A stretch of 63,855 bases of DNA, counting the filler, from Folioceros fuciformis (Eukaryota): the NCBI GenBank assembly GCA_049999805.1. It is 10 parts of 10 records of this genome, joined end to end, with 100 filler letters (N's around TTAATTAATTAA, not from the genome) between each part and the next. Parts side by side here need not be neighbours in the genome. Positions count along the whole stretch, not along the records: positions 27,916 to 44,508 come from JBNGIO010005730.1; positions 44,609 to 46,442 come from JBNGIO010005731.1; positions 46,543 to 57,428 come from JBNGIO010005732.1; 7 more parts are not named here. One strand, written 5' to 3'. Below are positions 36,301 to 50,065 of the stretch, piece after piece; within the stretch, counting starts at the first letter, position 1, and each line of letters starts with the position of its first letter. Made by a program: the position numbers and the translations under genes. A model generated the notes under the pieces. The model was not told the DNA's origin, made no database searches, and saw only the letters and a program-made list of their open reading frames with translations.

Positions 36301-39300
36301 AAGACATTCTCACCTCTCCACTACGGAGTTCATCCCGCCCTTCACGGTCACCTAGCACTGGTAGGAAAAGTGTGCGTGAATTGCATGATAAGTTGATGTC
36401 TCCAGAAAAGAAGAAGAAAAGCCCGTTGGAGATGAAAAAACAGGTGGATGAGAAACAGGCCCGTGCTACGAAGTTGAGGTTGGAACTGGAGAACGAGAGG
36501 GTTATGCGCTTACAGAGAACAACAGAGAAACTCAATCGGGTTACTGAGTGGCAAGCTGTCCGAAGCAGTCGGTTAAGAGAGGGAATGCATGCCCGTCAGC
36601 AGCGGGGAGAATCACGTCACGAAGCTCATTTGGCACAAATTGCAAGGAGAGCCAGTGATGAGAGTAGTAAAGTTAGTGAAGTCCGGTTCATAACCTCATT
36701 GAATGAGGAGAACAGAAAGCTGTCCCTACAGCAAAAGCTGCAGGACTCAGAACTAAGGAGGGCTGAAAGGCTGCAAAACATCAGGATCAAGCAGAAGGAC
36801 TTAGCCAAGGAAGAGGCTGCACTTGAACGTCGCAAACTGCTTGAAGCAGAACGACTGCAGCGCATTGCTGATGCACAGCGTAAAAAGACTGAGGCCAATC
36901 TCCGAAGGGAGGAGGAACGTCGAGCTGCAAGTGCTGCTCGTGAGGCCCGTGCGGTCGAACAAGTACGTAAGAAGGAAGTAAGAGCAAAAGCTCAAGAAGA
37001 AGAGGCTTTGCTTCTAGGTCAAAGGCTTGCTGAGAAGCTTCGAGAAAGCTCTGCCCGTCGGAATGTTTACTTAGAGCAAATTAGAGAGAGGGCCGGTACT
37101 GAGCCTGATAAAACTGATAAGAGGAGAGATTTCCAGACTGATTCTCCATCTCGCAAGTCGCGGGATGCATTGGCAAGGCTGGCATCGGGGGGCGATCGCT
37201 TGTTAAGAGTTGCGTCCGGCCCAGCGACAGAGAGTGACACAGCTGAAAGGGACGCTGGAAGCATGGGAAGATCCAAGGGAGGAACTAACAGTGGACTGAT
37301 AAATGCATGCTCTGATGCCAGCAACGTGTCAAGTCAGCAGGCTTTGAAGAAACGGGTGAAGAGACTCCGACAGCGACTTGCAGCTCGCAAGTTTGACTTT
37401 GTGGAGCCTCCTACCAGTCCAGAATGTGGAGGAGTTGGCTTAAACTCAGTCACCAGCACGGCTCGCAGCAAGATAGGAAGGCTGCTGTCAGATTTGCAGA
37501 GATCTCTACATTCAAGGAAGGCAGGGGTTCCAGTATCGGTTGTTGGAGAAGTTGTGAAGGTTTGCCAGCTTCTGTATTTGATCTATATAGTGAATGACCA
37601 TGTTTGATGTCTGGAAGCACAATTCATAGGTTCAGCTGTCTAATTGTTTTTCTTCAGAGTGTTTTCTGCCGTGAAAAGTGCTTCTCTGAATTTCTGTGCA
37701 GTATCTTGATGGCAAGGAAGCAGAACTACATGCTGCACGGCAAGCTGCGCTTCTCGATTATGTTGCAACTGCTCTTCCAGCATCGCAGAGTAGCAAACCA
37801 GAAACTTCTAGAAGCACCATCGCATTGCTTCATCTTCTCTTGGTTCTGTTGTCTCTACCAGTCAACCGTAGTTATTTCATTGCTCGCAATCTCCTGCCTC
37901 CATTGGTACCCATGCTGGCTACGGCTCTGGAAAATTTTTGCAGTCTAGGCTCTGCTACTGCAGTAGTTACTTCCCATAATGCTTCAAAGGAATCAGGTGT
38001 GGAAAAAGCACTGGTGGAGGAGAAGCTCGAAGTAGTGGGTGAGGTCTTGGAAGGTCTTATGTTATCAGTCACAGCAGTTATGGCGCACCAATGTACAGAT
38101 GATAGGTTGCTGGTCATGCAGGATGACTTGGCAGAGTTAATTGTTGGTTGTGAAGTTCTTCACAGGTTATGCGATCTATTTGCTCTCTTTGACAGGCCAT
38201 TTGTTGAAGGTGCACCCATCCCCGTTACGGTGCTTCTGGGTCTCAGGTTGCTGGAAACCCTCACGGGCCACAGAGATCGGAGCTCATCAGTTGAGGGACC
38301 GGTTACTTCAATGGTAGACATAAGTGACAGGGTGTCCACAAGAAGTGCTAATCAGGCAGTGCAGGTCGCGAAGACAGTGACTCTATCTGAAACTGGAAAC
38401 GGATTTGCAGTGAAGGAGCATGATGGTGCAAATGGAGTTGCGTGCACAAGTCTGAGTGCTACAGATGAAGCTTGTGACTATCCCTTGGGCACTGCAGGTG
38501 AACAAGGTGACTTAGGAGACCTGCAACTTGAAAATGTCACAACTGTGCCAGTTATCTCCGAAAATGAAATGATGAAGGAGCATATGTTTTCGTGGAACAC
38601 TTCCAGAACTCTCTCAGTGCAGCCTAATTTGTTTTCTGGTTACAGTTTGTCGATGATCAGGGACAATATATCTCAGCATCGTCCTACCCATGGGTCTCGT
38701 TCTAAGGAACTTCTTTTATCTGTGGCCTTGGAGACTGGCTTAATTCGCCTCCCTTCCTTGCTCACTGCTGTCTTACTTCAAGCCAACCCACGATCTTCTC
38801 CTGAACAGGCTGCTGCGGCTCTTCCACCGAACTTTGATGCAGTGGCTACCAGTGTTCTCAGGATTCTGAACAATTTGGCAAGGCTCGATCTATTACTTGT
38901 TCAAAACATGTTGGTAAGACTCTTTTTTTGCGTTTCCCATACCCTTCATCGGGGTAAATCTTTTACTTGTTTGTGCCTAACATTCTAAAGCTGCATGCTC
39001 TTTCCACATTCTTCCATCTCTTTGTTGTATCAAAGTACTTAACGGTGCAAAAATGCAACAGGCATTGCCAGATTTGAGAATGGAGTTCTTCCACCTGATT
39101 AGCTTCCTATTATCGCATTGTACTTGCAAGTGGAAGAACACTACCGACCAGGTATCTTATTGCGTATGTCTTGATTTGCACCCCATCGATTTGGCACTCC
39201 AGTCCGGTCCCTCACTGTTTTTGGTTTTATCAGGTTGCCTCTCTTCTTCTCGAGACACTTCTGTTAGTTGGGTACTTTGCTTTGTTGCACCCTGAGAACC

Positions 39301-40392
39301 AAGCTGTTCTTCGCTGGGGTAAAAGCCCCACGATCTTGCACAAGGTATAAGGCGGGCACCCGGTCCAGTAGAGTTCGTTTGCGTGTGGCATTGATTATCG
39401 TNNNNNNNNNNNNNNNNNNNNNNNNNNNNNNNNNNNNNNNNNNNNNNNNNNNNNNNNNNNNNNNNNNNNNNNNNNNNNNNNNNNNNNNNNNNNNNNNNNN
39501 NGCTGCTAAGGATGGAATACCAAACACGGTAAAGAATGCCACTGAAGCAGGGAGGTGTCGCAAGTCTGACATGCTTGGACGGATTGTTCAACAAGCCGGG
39601 AAAGGCGATGAAGTATATGTCTGGCAAGACAGAGGTAATTTTGAAGATGCTTTCTGCGATATGGAAGGAAAGCCAGCAAACGTCGAAACAATTGAATTAT
39701 ATCTAGATGCTGGCGGTCATAACAAGAGTGCAAAAATATCATGTAGGACTAAATCCCGGTTGCAGAATGACACAGAATCAGAGAGGTTCAGCAAATTTGA
39801 GATTGTCCGACAGATCTCCAACGGAAATGAACAACAGGTGGGGAAAGAAAATGGAATACATGGAGCCTTCCAAGACGGTGGGGGAGAAGGTTCATTATGT
39901 GACGTTGAAGTAAAGTCGTCAAATGCTGAAAAGGTTGGATTGGATATGGACGTCAGCGCTCAGAGCAAAGGAACTAAGAAGCTACTGAGGACGAAATGTA
40001 GCTGGTACAGACAGGGAGCAGAAACTGCTGGTTCCCCGAGAAAGCCTTTGATGAGGAATGCGTCTAAATCTGGCTACCAATCTGCGGACTTGGATGCCAC
40101 ATTGGGTCGTGCGAGAGACTCTCACCTAAGCAGGACGTCTAGCAGGGGATCAATTTCATCACCAGGCAGCGATGCCCTGGAGACTTCTAGGAAAGCAAGA
40201 GGTTTGCTATCAATGGCATCTGATGGCTTCTCAAGGTTCTCAGAACTCTACACGGCGGGAAGTTCTAGACTTGCTCAACCTGGTGAGGTGTTTACTGCCT
40301 TGCTTCAACCCAACTTGTTTTGTCTAGAAAGCCGTTTCCCGAAGGGTCTATGGGACCAAGCAGAGGAATTCTTCTCCGTGGAGGTTTCATAA
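33329..40392 (+). CDS. SCAPER-like protein (S-phase cyclin A-associated protein in the ER), multi-exon host gene
   Basis: Phase-compatible GT-AG exons: 33329-33365 (tentative), 33812-33957 (GSGWMDVKK; 5' edge tentative), 34219-35568 (RQRLWCFLFENLNRVIDELYLMCE, AIAWE), 35754-37559 (LHDKLMSP, long coiled coil), 37702-38913, 39062-39151, 39234-39344 (GYFALLHPENQAVLRWGKSPTILHK), a gap, then a last exon to 40392 (RFPKGLWDQAEEFF). Confidence 0.8.
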
Positions 40393-42257
40393 TATGTAGA
40401 TCGCGGCGCTTCCGAGGTGAAAGTTCGGGGGCCTACAAGGGCAAGTCAGGTCTATGCAGTAAAACGCTGCTGAACGATGGATGTAATATGGCTAACATTT
40501 TGGGGGAATTGCAAGCTGTGCAAAAGGCAGGGGAGGCGGTGGGACAGTACAGCCAGAAATCTAGACCAGATTGGGAGCCGGATCGTTTGTCACGAAGAAC
40601 CGAATTGCACTAGCTGAACAGTTAAGCTTCTTAGTCGCCAATCTGTTGTTTCATTTACTGTTGTGAATCATTGGTCCCAAATGGCTTGTCTTCAGAAAAT
40701 TCCTTCAAATTTGTTTGAGACAAACGTGTAGCAGACGGAAATCGGGGGTGAAGTAGGAAAGATATCTGATGTCTGGTGAGACTGGTGACCCAGCAGAACG
40801 TAGAATCAGGGCTGTTTGGATTAGATTGAAGATGATCATATACATATATTTATATGTACGTATTACCACGAGTATACGTATACTAGAATGCTGCTGAGGC
40901 CTTTTCCCGTCCTCGTTTTGGCGAACCCTTTTTGAGTATGGTTATCAAGGGTAGGGCGGGTGGATCACGGTATATCCCTCTATATCCACATGTTACTCTC
41001 GAAGCAGGCCCGAAGCAAGGTTTTTCCTTCTGGATGGACACGCGTGCGTACGAGTGACCGAATAGACCTAGGAACATTGTGAGTAGGCTGACTGAAGAGC
41101 AATGAGTCAAGGTTCGCCCTAACGTACAGTACTTCACAGGAGAGTAAGGTGGAGCACAAACCAGGAAGTGGACTTCGGTACCACGATGTTCTGAAGTCTT
41201 GGTGTTGCAAGCCCACGCAAGATGTGTCCGCCAGGATGCATGAAGAGAGAGAGAGAGAGTTGGAGCGAAGATGCTCATTTTCTGGTGTTTTGCATGGTAG
41301 CGGGTAGGGAATACGGGAGGAAAGCTGGGTGGCTACGACTCCGTCGTCATCAACTCGTGCCCGGCCTGCGGGTTAGTCACTCGGATGATAAACAGAGATA
41401 GTCTTTTCCTTGACGGCTGATATTGTTAGCTGGACGATCCGACAAGCGCGCGTGGTGCGGTAAGCCGGTCAAGAAGTGCTTAAGTAGTTAGTGGATACTC
41501 GGGTTCGGGCCCGGTCGTATGAAGTGATAAGTGTGAAGTGAAGGAGCTGGTGGGTACGCTTGAGCAAGGCAGGGTATGTACTTACTAGGTAGGCCCCGGA
41601 TATCCGATTGAAATACGGCTTGTCTACTGTGGCGCTGATTGTAAGCGTGGACTGAGTGACACAGTAGCTGAATTATGGAACAAAAGTTAGAAAAGAGGAT
41701 AAGCTGCGCACGCTGACAGTCGACAGCATAGGATATTTGCCTGCCCTGCTGGCTGCACCTGCAGGAAGCTGAAGGTGGGTCGGGACACAAGCAGGTGGAT
41801 ATGCTGCTCCTGGTGTTGACGCAATAGTAGGTGATGATGGTGGCGAGAGTCGCGATAGGTGGCTAGATATGTATCAGCTTGCTGTGGTGGGTTTTTACAG
41901 AGTGGCCGCAAGGATTGTGACTGAAGTTGTGGGTTGCTTCTCGGGAACTGAACTGATAATTGGAGATTGATTCCCATTCCCATTCCGATCCCTTTTCTCA
42001 TTCCCATTCTAGTTTGTAGAAGCAACTTGTCGTGGGCTTCTGGTTGCACTGTTCCCAGTACAGCGCTGGGTTCCCGAACTCAATCATATAATATTTATTT
42101 ATTTTAAACTATATTTAAATATTTGTAATAAAAATTCTTAAAATAGAATTAATCTAATAATATATTGTAAATACAAATACATAATATTGTACACTCCAAG
42201 CTCAAGCCATGAGATAATATAAATGTATATATTGCAAATTTTGAAGAGATTATTTTT

Positions 42258-42830
42258 TATTATTGAAAAAGAGATGGAAAGTATCGTTTATGTGATGATT
42301 GGAAGAATAACCCGAGTATGGTCAAAGGTTGAAAAGGTATTAGCCCCTTCAGACATCATTTTTAAAAAACTAATACTGCTCTTAAAATGTTATGATGTAG
42401 AATAATAAAAAGGATTATTTACCACCGTGCTGAAGAAGCCACTTGACCTACACTTAGTGTTGAAGAAGCCGCTTGACCTACACTTAGTGTTGAAGAAGCC
42501 GCTTAACCTATACTTAGTGTTGAAGAAGCCGCTTGACTATCACTGATGTTGGATGTTGAAGAAGCCGCATGACTTATACTTAGTGTTGAAGAAACCACTT
42601 GACCTGACCTATGCTTAGTGTCGAAGAAGCCGCTTGGCCTGCACTTAGTCTCGAAGAAGCCACTTGACCTACGCTTAGTGTCGAGGAAGTTGCTTGACTT
42701 ACACTTAGTCTCGAAAAAGCCGCTTGATGTGCGTTTATTGCTGTTTTAGAAACTGCATTGGCCAATGCTCTTTGCATAGCAATGGATATACATTATCAAA
42801 AGAAGCCGACCATATATGAAAGAGGGCCAT
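42258..42830 (-). mobile_element. 3'-end fragment of the CRE-like element with an internal ~30-bp tandem expansion
   Basis: Reverse complement matches ~31590-31865 (SIAMQRALANAV coding remnant and ...TTTCCATCTCTTTTTCAAT). About ten CTTAGTGTTGAAGAAGCCGCTTGACCTACA-like units lie at 42430-42730. Confidence 0.8.
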
Positions 42831-43659
42831 TGGCACCACGGATGAAAGAGGGCCATTGCAAATGCAAGTTGAGAAGTTAAGACAAGTGCATCTCAAACAT
42901 TTGGTATTGTGAGATTTAAATATATTATTCCATGGAGTACGCATAATGAAGGCTAACTCATAACTAACTATGGACTTTTTTCTTACCTTGCAAACTCATT
43001 CATGACATATATTTGAAATCAAATATAATTATTTATATATATATATACATCAATTTATAGCTATTTTTCTTTCACATCTATCGTAGGTGGACTTTTGTGA
43101 TTTGGTATGGACATACTTGCATCTTTTGATTTTGTCATTTAGCATGATCATATTATAAAAACTGTATGTATATATTTTGGAGAGCAGGGCTGAGAGGGGA
43201 GGGGGAGGGGAGGCGTTGAATATGGAGTGTAAGGTACATGATATTATTGGTGAGCTGGATGAAATGTAGGATGAATTACAAAAGCCATGGAGCATGCAGT
43301 AAAAAGTTGTGGGCAAGGAGCGTGCGTAGGAGCGAGAGTGGAGTGGTGCGAGTGGGTGAATTCCAAAGATGGCAGGTTTGCAAGTTGTGAGGTGGCAGTC
43401 ATGCTGGGCCACGGGTGGAACAGCAACAGCAACAGCAGCGGCACCATCAACAGCAACAGCCACAGCGACAGCAAGCGGCGGCTTGACACGGTTCCAAGGG
43501 GTAGGCAATGGGAATGTCGTGGCGTGGGACGGGGAGNNNNNNNNNNNNNNNNNNNNNNNNNNNNNNNNNNNNNNNNNNNNNNNNNNNNNNNNNNNNNNNN
43601 NNNNNNNNNNNNNNNNNNNNNNNNNNNNNNNNNNNNGCTATTGGGAGTCCCAGGTCCCG

Positions 43660-43773
43660 GGTCTCGGGTCCGGAGTCCCGAGTCTAGAGTCTAGAGTATC
43701 GAGTCCCGAGTCCCGAGTCTCGAGTCCCGAGTCCCGAGTCTCGAGTCCCGAGTCTCGAGTCCCGAGTCCCGAG
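43660..43773. repeat. 7-bp microsatellite (GAGTCYC)n
   Basis: gagtcccgagtcccgagtctcgagtccc... seen directly. Confidence 0.9.
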
Positions 43774-44608
43774 TGCCGCGCCGTGCCGTGCAGTGCCATG
43801 GCGTCCTTTGCCGTTAAGTACCAGTCCATCTCCGTTCCCCGTTCCCCGTCCAGTGTCCAGCGTCCAGTCGTGTGGCAGTCCTGAGTCCAANNNNNNNNNN
43901 NNNNNNNNNNNNNNNNNNNNNNNNNNNNNNNNNNNNNNNNNNNNNNNNNNNNNNNNNNNNNNNNNNNNNNNNNNNNNNNNNNNNNNNNNNCCGTTCTGCC
44001 GGGCCGCCATGATGGCGAGGGGCCCGCAGAGAGGCGAACATGGCATGACATCCCCCGCGTCTCCCGTGTCCCCCCCCCTCCTCCCGCTGCACGCTGCACG
44101 CTGCTCGCTGCAGCTCGCACTCGCACTCGCGCTCGCACGCCCACAGGAGTGTGTGTGGTGGAAAGATGTAATGACCGGGGGACCGGGGAATCTGGCACCG
44201 CATTGGGGATGCACGTGGCTTTGGCACCGGTGAGGTGGCGGTGACATCCCCGCCTCGCCTGCCGCATGTTGCCTTGTCTTGGAGCCAGTGGTTTGTCAAC
44301 GGGGGTGGGCCCCGCTTGCAGGATGAGAGGGGTCGTGCAGCGCCTGCTTGCCTCTCCGCCTTTGCCTTTTCTTGTGCCCGGGCCCCCTGGACTAGAAGCG
44401 CTGGTTTTTGTAGAGGAAACAGGCTATAGGCGACCGACAAGGCGGTGGCAGCCTGTGTCGGCCGGAAGACGCGGAACTGAGTACAACATGGTAGTGTATG
44501 TAGGTAGGNNNNNNNNNNNNNNNNNNNNNNNNNNNNNNNNNNNNNNNNNNNNTTAATTAATTAANNNNNNNNNNNNNNNNNNNNNNNNNNNNNNNNNNNN
44601 NNNNNNNN

Positions 44609-46442
44609 CACGGTATGTACTCTTAGGAGATGACTCCGGTCTTGCCATTCATGGCATAGGGACGGTGACTTTCAAATTAGACGATGGTTCTATCCTTATT
44701 CTGAAGGATGTTCTCTATGTTCCACACATGGCCAAGAACCTTATCTCCATTCGGCATCTTATGCAAGATGGTCTTTATAAATTGGAGTTTGTCAAAGCCA
44801 ATTGTCTACTCTATCGTTCCTCTCAGCCACACAAGGTGGTTGCCAGAGGTTGTCTCCAGAGCGATCTATATATATTTTCTGGCACCCTTGTGTCTTCCTC
44901 CAGTGTTTCTGTAGTGGATTCGACTAAGGCTGCAAGTACTACAAGGCACTCGTCCTCCGGGCAAGCCTTCTTATGGCACTGTAGGCTTGGGCATCTTAAC
45001 TCTGCCAAGCTTCTTGCCATGTCCACGCAGGATCTCTACCGTGACAAGCTTCCAGCCTTGGCGAAGACTTCCCCATTTTGTGAAGCCTGCGTGTTGGCTA
45101 AGCAGCGTAGTGCTCCATACTCTAGTCTTCCTGCCCACAGAGCTTCTCAGCCCTTGGAACTAGTTCATGTGGATCTGTGTGGACCTCTTCCTGTACTCTC
45201 TTTAGGCGGAGCCCGCCATTTTATGACAATTGTTGATGATTACTCTCGTTATACCTTTGTGTATCCGCTCCGTCTCAAGAGTGACTCCTTTGCTGTGTTC
45301 CAGCCCTTTGTCTCGATGGCCGAGTTGCACATAGGGTGCAAGTTGCGGTGCATTCGTTCCAACAATGCGGGGGAACTCAACAGTGGTCTCTTCCAAGCAT
45401 TTTGTGAAGATAGAGGGATTACTCGCCAGTTTACAGTCCCTTACACGTCTGCTCAGAATGGTGTTGCGAAGAAGGCCAACGGTGACCTTATGGCCATGGC
45501 TAGGGCAATGCTCGCTCAGTCTGGCCTGCCGAAGTCCTTTTGGGCTAAGGCTATATCCACAGCTTCTTATATCAAGAACCGGCTGCTTACGAAGGCAGTT
45601 GCTGGACGTACTCCCTTTGAATGCTGGTTTCGATATAAGCCTCTTATCTCTCACCTTCGAGTTTTCGGCTCTCCAGCCTATGCCTATGTTCCTTCTCCTT
45701 TAAGAGATAAGCTCTCTTCACGAGCACGGAAACTTGTGTTTGTTGGCTATGGGGAGGACNNNNNNNNNNNNNNNNNNNNNNNNNNNNNNNNNNNNNNNNN
45801 NNNNNNNNNNNNNNNNNNNNNNNNNNNNNNNNNNNNNNNNNNNNNNNNNNNNNNNNNNNAAGCCTCTTATCTCTCACCTTCGAGTTTTCGGCTCTCCAGC
45901 CTATGCTTATGTTCCTTCTCCTTTAAGAGATAAGCTCTCTTCACGAGCACGGAAACTTGTGTTTGTTGGCTATGGGGAGGACCGCAAGGCGTATAAGTTA
46001 GTTGATACTCAATCTCATACCCCGGTGTATGCTCGCACGGTTACTTTTGATGAAGGATCTGTGCTGTCTCGTGGCCCTATTGTGGATGCCGACGAGGATG
46101 ACAGTTCTCATACTTCTACTCCTCGTCCCCTGGACGATCTATCTGTTTCCTTTGACCTTCATTCTTCGTCCTTTCCTGATGCTTCTGTTCCAGAGGCTCC
46201 TTCATCTCAAGCAGCTCCGAATTCTCCAGCTGCTGCTCGAAGGGGGGAAATAGACGAAACTGAAGATGAAGAACCTGCCGTTCCAGTCTTCGATCCTCCT
46301 AATCCACCTCCTGGACCTGATGTACCTTCACCAGGTGGCAGTACAGGGGATAGTGCCCCCGAGCGGCGGTATCCTTCACGTCAAAGACAGCCACGACATT
46401 TGTGGGCGGAAAAACCATTTGATTTAGAGTTTAATCAAGCTG
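44609..46442 (+). mobile_element. Ty1/Copia fragment (end of PR, integrase, INT-RT linker)
   Basis: LKDVLYVPHMAKNLISI, LWHCRLGH...CEAC, LVHVDLCGP, IVDDYSRY, PYTSAQNGVA, HLRVFGSPAYAYVP. Confidence 0.93.
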
Positions 46443-47839
46443 NNNNNNNNNNNNNNNNNNNNNNNNNNNNNNNNNNNNNNNNNNNNTTAATTAATTAANN
46501 NNNNNNNNNNNNNNNNNNNNNNNNNNNNNNNNNNNNNNNNNNCGGAGTGGCAAGGTACTTAAGAAGGAGGACAACTGCTGGAGCCAAAGGTCATGTCCGA
46601 CCTCGGGTTGCCTGAACTCTTCTTGCACACTTGAGGCGTGTTACAGGAACACTTTCAGGAAAAGAGAAATAGAGAGGCCAGGACAGGACTGTTGTAGTTT
46701 AAGGACAGATTGCAACCAGCTCTCTCGGATCTGCAATCCAATACATTACTCTCATGTTCCCTAGCCCTTTCAACGTTTGAAAGCATTTGACTTGTCTTCT
46801 AACGGTAGAAGATCACCTTCTAGTGGAAAGATCTTTCTAGTTACTTCATTTTCATAGCAAATGTTCTTCCTATGCTACATTTGGAACCCAATCTTAAAAT
46901 GTGTTCGCGTACATCCCAAGCATGAGTTTTTGACAAAATTAAACCAAAGCCTACATCCCACCCTTTCAAACTCATCCACACTTACCTCAATCATACGCAT
47001 TTGAGTACCTGAATCATAACATATCATAATATATGAAGGTACTAGACCAAACCTTGAGAGAACATTCTCTCTCCACTATACCAACTCTCTTTCAACTATG
47101 AGAACTTGGACCCTTTCCCAACAACTCTCTCTCAACTATGCCAACTTCCACCATTTCCCGACAACTCTCTCTCAACTATGCCAACTAGTACCATTTTCCA
47201 AGAACTCTCTCAACTATGCCCACCTACTATGATCATTTTCCAATATATTAAGGTAATAAACAAAGGTAGCCTGAGAGCGCTCTCTCTCAAATGTGCCAAC
47301 TTCTGCCATTTCCTCATAACTTTCTCTCAACAATGACAAGGAATTTATTTGCTATGATCATTTTTCAATATATTAAGGTAATAAACAAATGTAGCCTGAG
47401 AACACTCTCTCTCAAATGTGCCAACTTGTGTCATTTCCTCATAACATAACTTTGTGCTAATGTGTATAATTTCCTCATAACTTTCTCTCAACTGTGAGAA
47501 GGAAGTTATTTGCTATGATTGAAAAAGAGGTGGAAAGTCCCATCTACTCATAACTTTCTCTCAACTATGCTAAGGAAGTTATTTTCCATGATTGAAAGAG
47601 AGATGAAAGTCCCATCTACTCATAACTTTCATGATTGAAAAAGAAATGGAAAGTCTAGTAACTTTCTCTCAAGGAAGTTACTTTCTACTATTGAAAAAGA
47701 GATGGAAAGCCTCATCTACTCCAAAGATTTGGACGAATAACCCGAGTGGGCCAAAAGCCAAAAGGGTACTAGCTCCTTCGAAGGCAGCTTGGAGAGCACT
47801 CTGTCGTGACCTTGTGATCTCTCACAACTTTTGCCATTG

Positions 47840-48270
47840 CCCAATAACTCTTTTAACTATGCCAACTCTATTAAGTTATTTCCCCATAACTCTCTCTCAA
47901 CTATGCCAACTCTCTTAACTTATTGCACCATAACTCTCTCTCAACTATGCCAACTCTCTTAACTTATTGCCCCATAACTCTCTCTCAACTATGCCAACTC
48001 TCTTCACCTACTGCCCAATAACTCTCTCTCAACTATGCCAACTCTCTTAATCTATTGTCCAACAACTCGCTCTTAACTATGCCAACTCTCTCAACCTAAT
48101 GCCCAACAATTCTCTCTCAACTATCCAACTCTCTTAACTCATTGCTTAATAACTCTCTTAACCATGCCAACTCTCCTAACGTATTGTCCAACAACTCTTT
48201 CTCAACTATGCCAACTCCCTTAATATATTGCCCAACAACTCTCTCTCAACGATACCAAATCTCTTAACTT
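47840..48270. repeat. ~44-bp tandem repeat (ATAACTCTCTCTCAACTATGCCAACTCTCTTAACTTATTGCCCC-like); second copy at 54748-55178
   Basis: Units at 47886, 47930, 47974 and onward; degenerate copies extend back to ~47060. Confidence 0.9.
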
Positions 48271-50065
48271 GCACCATTGTCCAATAGTTATCTCTCCACT
48301 CTATTAACCTTATCTCACAATCATTTGCATAGGTATTAGGCTTTTCGCAATAATTGCAAAACAACCCACGTCTTTTCCTTTAGGTGCTTACGTACTATTA
48401 TTGCAAAAAGCCTTACTAGTATGCAAAGATTTGTAGAATGAGGTTGGATGTCTTGAAGAAGACAAAGCAATCACAAACCAATGCAAATGAGTAAGTGGGA
48501 AGAACATCTTCTCAGTGTTTCAATAGTAGAGAAGGCGCGAGAATGTTCATCAAAGAATAATAAGAGTCTATACCTTGACACTAGATTTTCTCAACACTTC
48601 ACCTAAAACCAACCTTGAATCTTAAGCTATGAAGAAATGCTAGCAAGGCACAAGGTGGCACTTAGAGACAAAGTGGCGTTTAGAGACAACTGGCCTCCAA
48701 ACTTCTCCTCCATACGCATCTTGAGAAGTTGTGTCTACATGGTTGTTGATATTATCTTTTATGTCCTCACTCTGTAGTGCTCAGCACTAGAAGGATTGCC
48801 ACGAAGACCTTCACCATTGCATACAAGCTCAATCCTAAGAGCTTTGCGATTGCACACAAACTCTTACAAGCACAAAATAAAGGTTGTGCTATTGCATGCA
48901 AGCCCTCACAAGCATAAAGCTAAAAGATATGCTCTAAGACTTGACACAAATAAATATTCAACTACCAAAGACAAAAGATGAATACAAGGCACTTGTACAT
49001 GGCAATAATGTCATGTGGGGGAGACAATATGAGCCTTTATGGGAAGGACATATTGGAATCTCCCCACACAATGTGGAACATGAGTGTGCCAAGAGGCACA
49101 CTATGAACATAATGACACTCAAGTCTACACATCCTAACCGAGGTAGGCAAGGCCTTTACTAGCCCCTTGGCCTTCACTGCTGTTGGTCCTTAACTTGCCC
49201 TTCCCTAGTTGACTTGACCTTTCATGTAAACCTTGAACCTTCTAGAAGATGCTCTCTAACCTTATCTAGAAAAAACTATTCTTTTAGAGCACCTTTTTTA
49301 AACTTTTTATTAACTTAATATGATATGTTATACTAAACCGCTTCTAACATTTAAAACCATCCCAGCCTCAACAAAGGCCATGTTGTTTAAAGTTCCACGC
49401 AGCGCATAGGAAGGTCTGAACAAATGTTCCCTACCAAGTAGCCGCAATGTTCACCGACAGATCGAGCGTTAGCCTCGAGTTTGATTGCTCGCCACTGAGT
49501 CGCTAGCCACTTTTGAAGAGGACATCCTGGAAAGCGGAGCTGCTGGCCATCAAGGTGAAAAGGAACAACATCCATACATCGATCGCGCTGCGTGGGAATT
49601 GGCCACTACTCCTTCCCTCTCCAAGCATTGTTAGCGTTTAAAATTTCAAACAGCCATAACACGATGTTGGGTCGCGTCTCGAACGAATGGGTCACAAGGC
49701 ACCCACTTGCAGCAACAGAGCCGACCGCCGGCCCGCTTACACACGTACAGTCGTCGGCGATCCGTGTGCCTCAAGGGATATGGATCGGCGGACATCGATG
49801 CCCGTTTATTCAAGATTTGAATCTCCCGCTGCATTTTCTGCACCTACAGTAAGAACAGTAAAGTGTTTTCCGATTCGCTATCGTTCGAGTTGATGATCCG
49901 TGTGTTTTGTGCCCGCCAGCCAGTCGCTGTTCATGTACGTAGATCATCGGGACTGCGACCATGGAGATGCTTCCCTGGAGTTTGTCTAACTCTACCCTTA
50001 CGGACTGTTCTTAGTGAGTGCAATCTCGGATGCGTGACTGCACAGATCTGCAATCGTTGCCAAAA

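Noticed and set aside
40880-42075. Possible solo LTR or DNA transposon end downstream of the SCAPER-like gene
   Set aside because: Repeat-like composition, but I could not identify matching termini, a TSD or a second copy.
42430-42730. ~30-bp repeats as a possible CRISPR array
   Set aside because: Units are directly tandem without unique spacers, derive from the LINE coding end, and no cas genes are present in this eukaryotic context.
45638-45981. Duplicated integrase segment
   Set aside because: The near-identical copies flank a 100-N gap, consistent with an unmerged contig overlap. The same pattern occurs around 19075-19174 and 59361-59370.
47840-48270. Conserved core plus variable part in 44-bp units as a CRISPR-like array
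   Set aside because: The variable parts are homologous to each other; an ordinary degenerate satellite.
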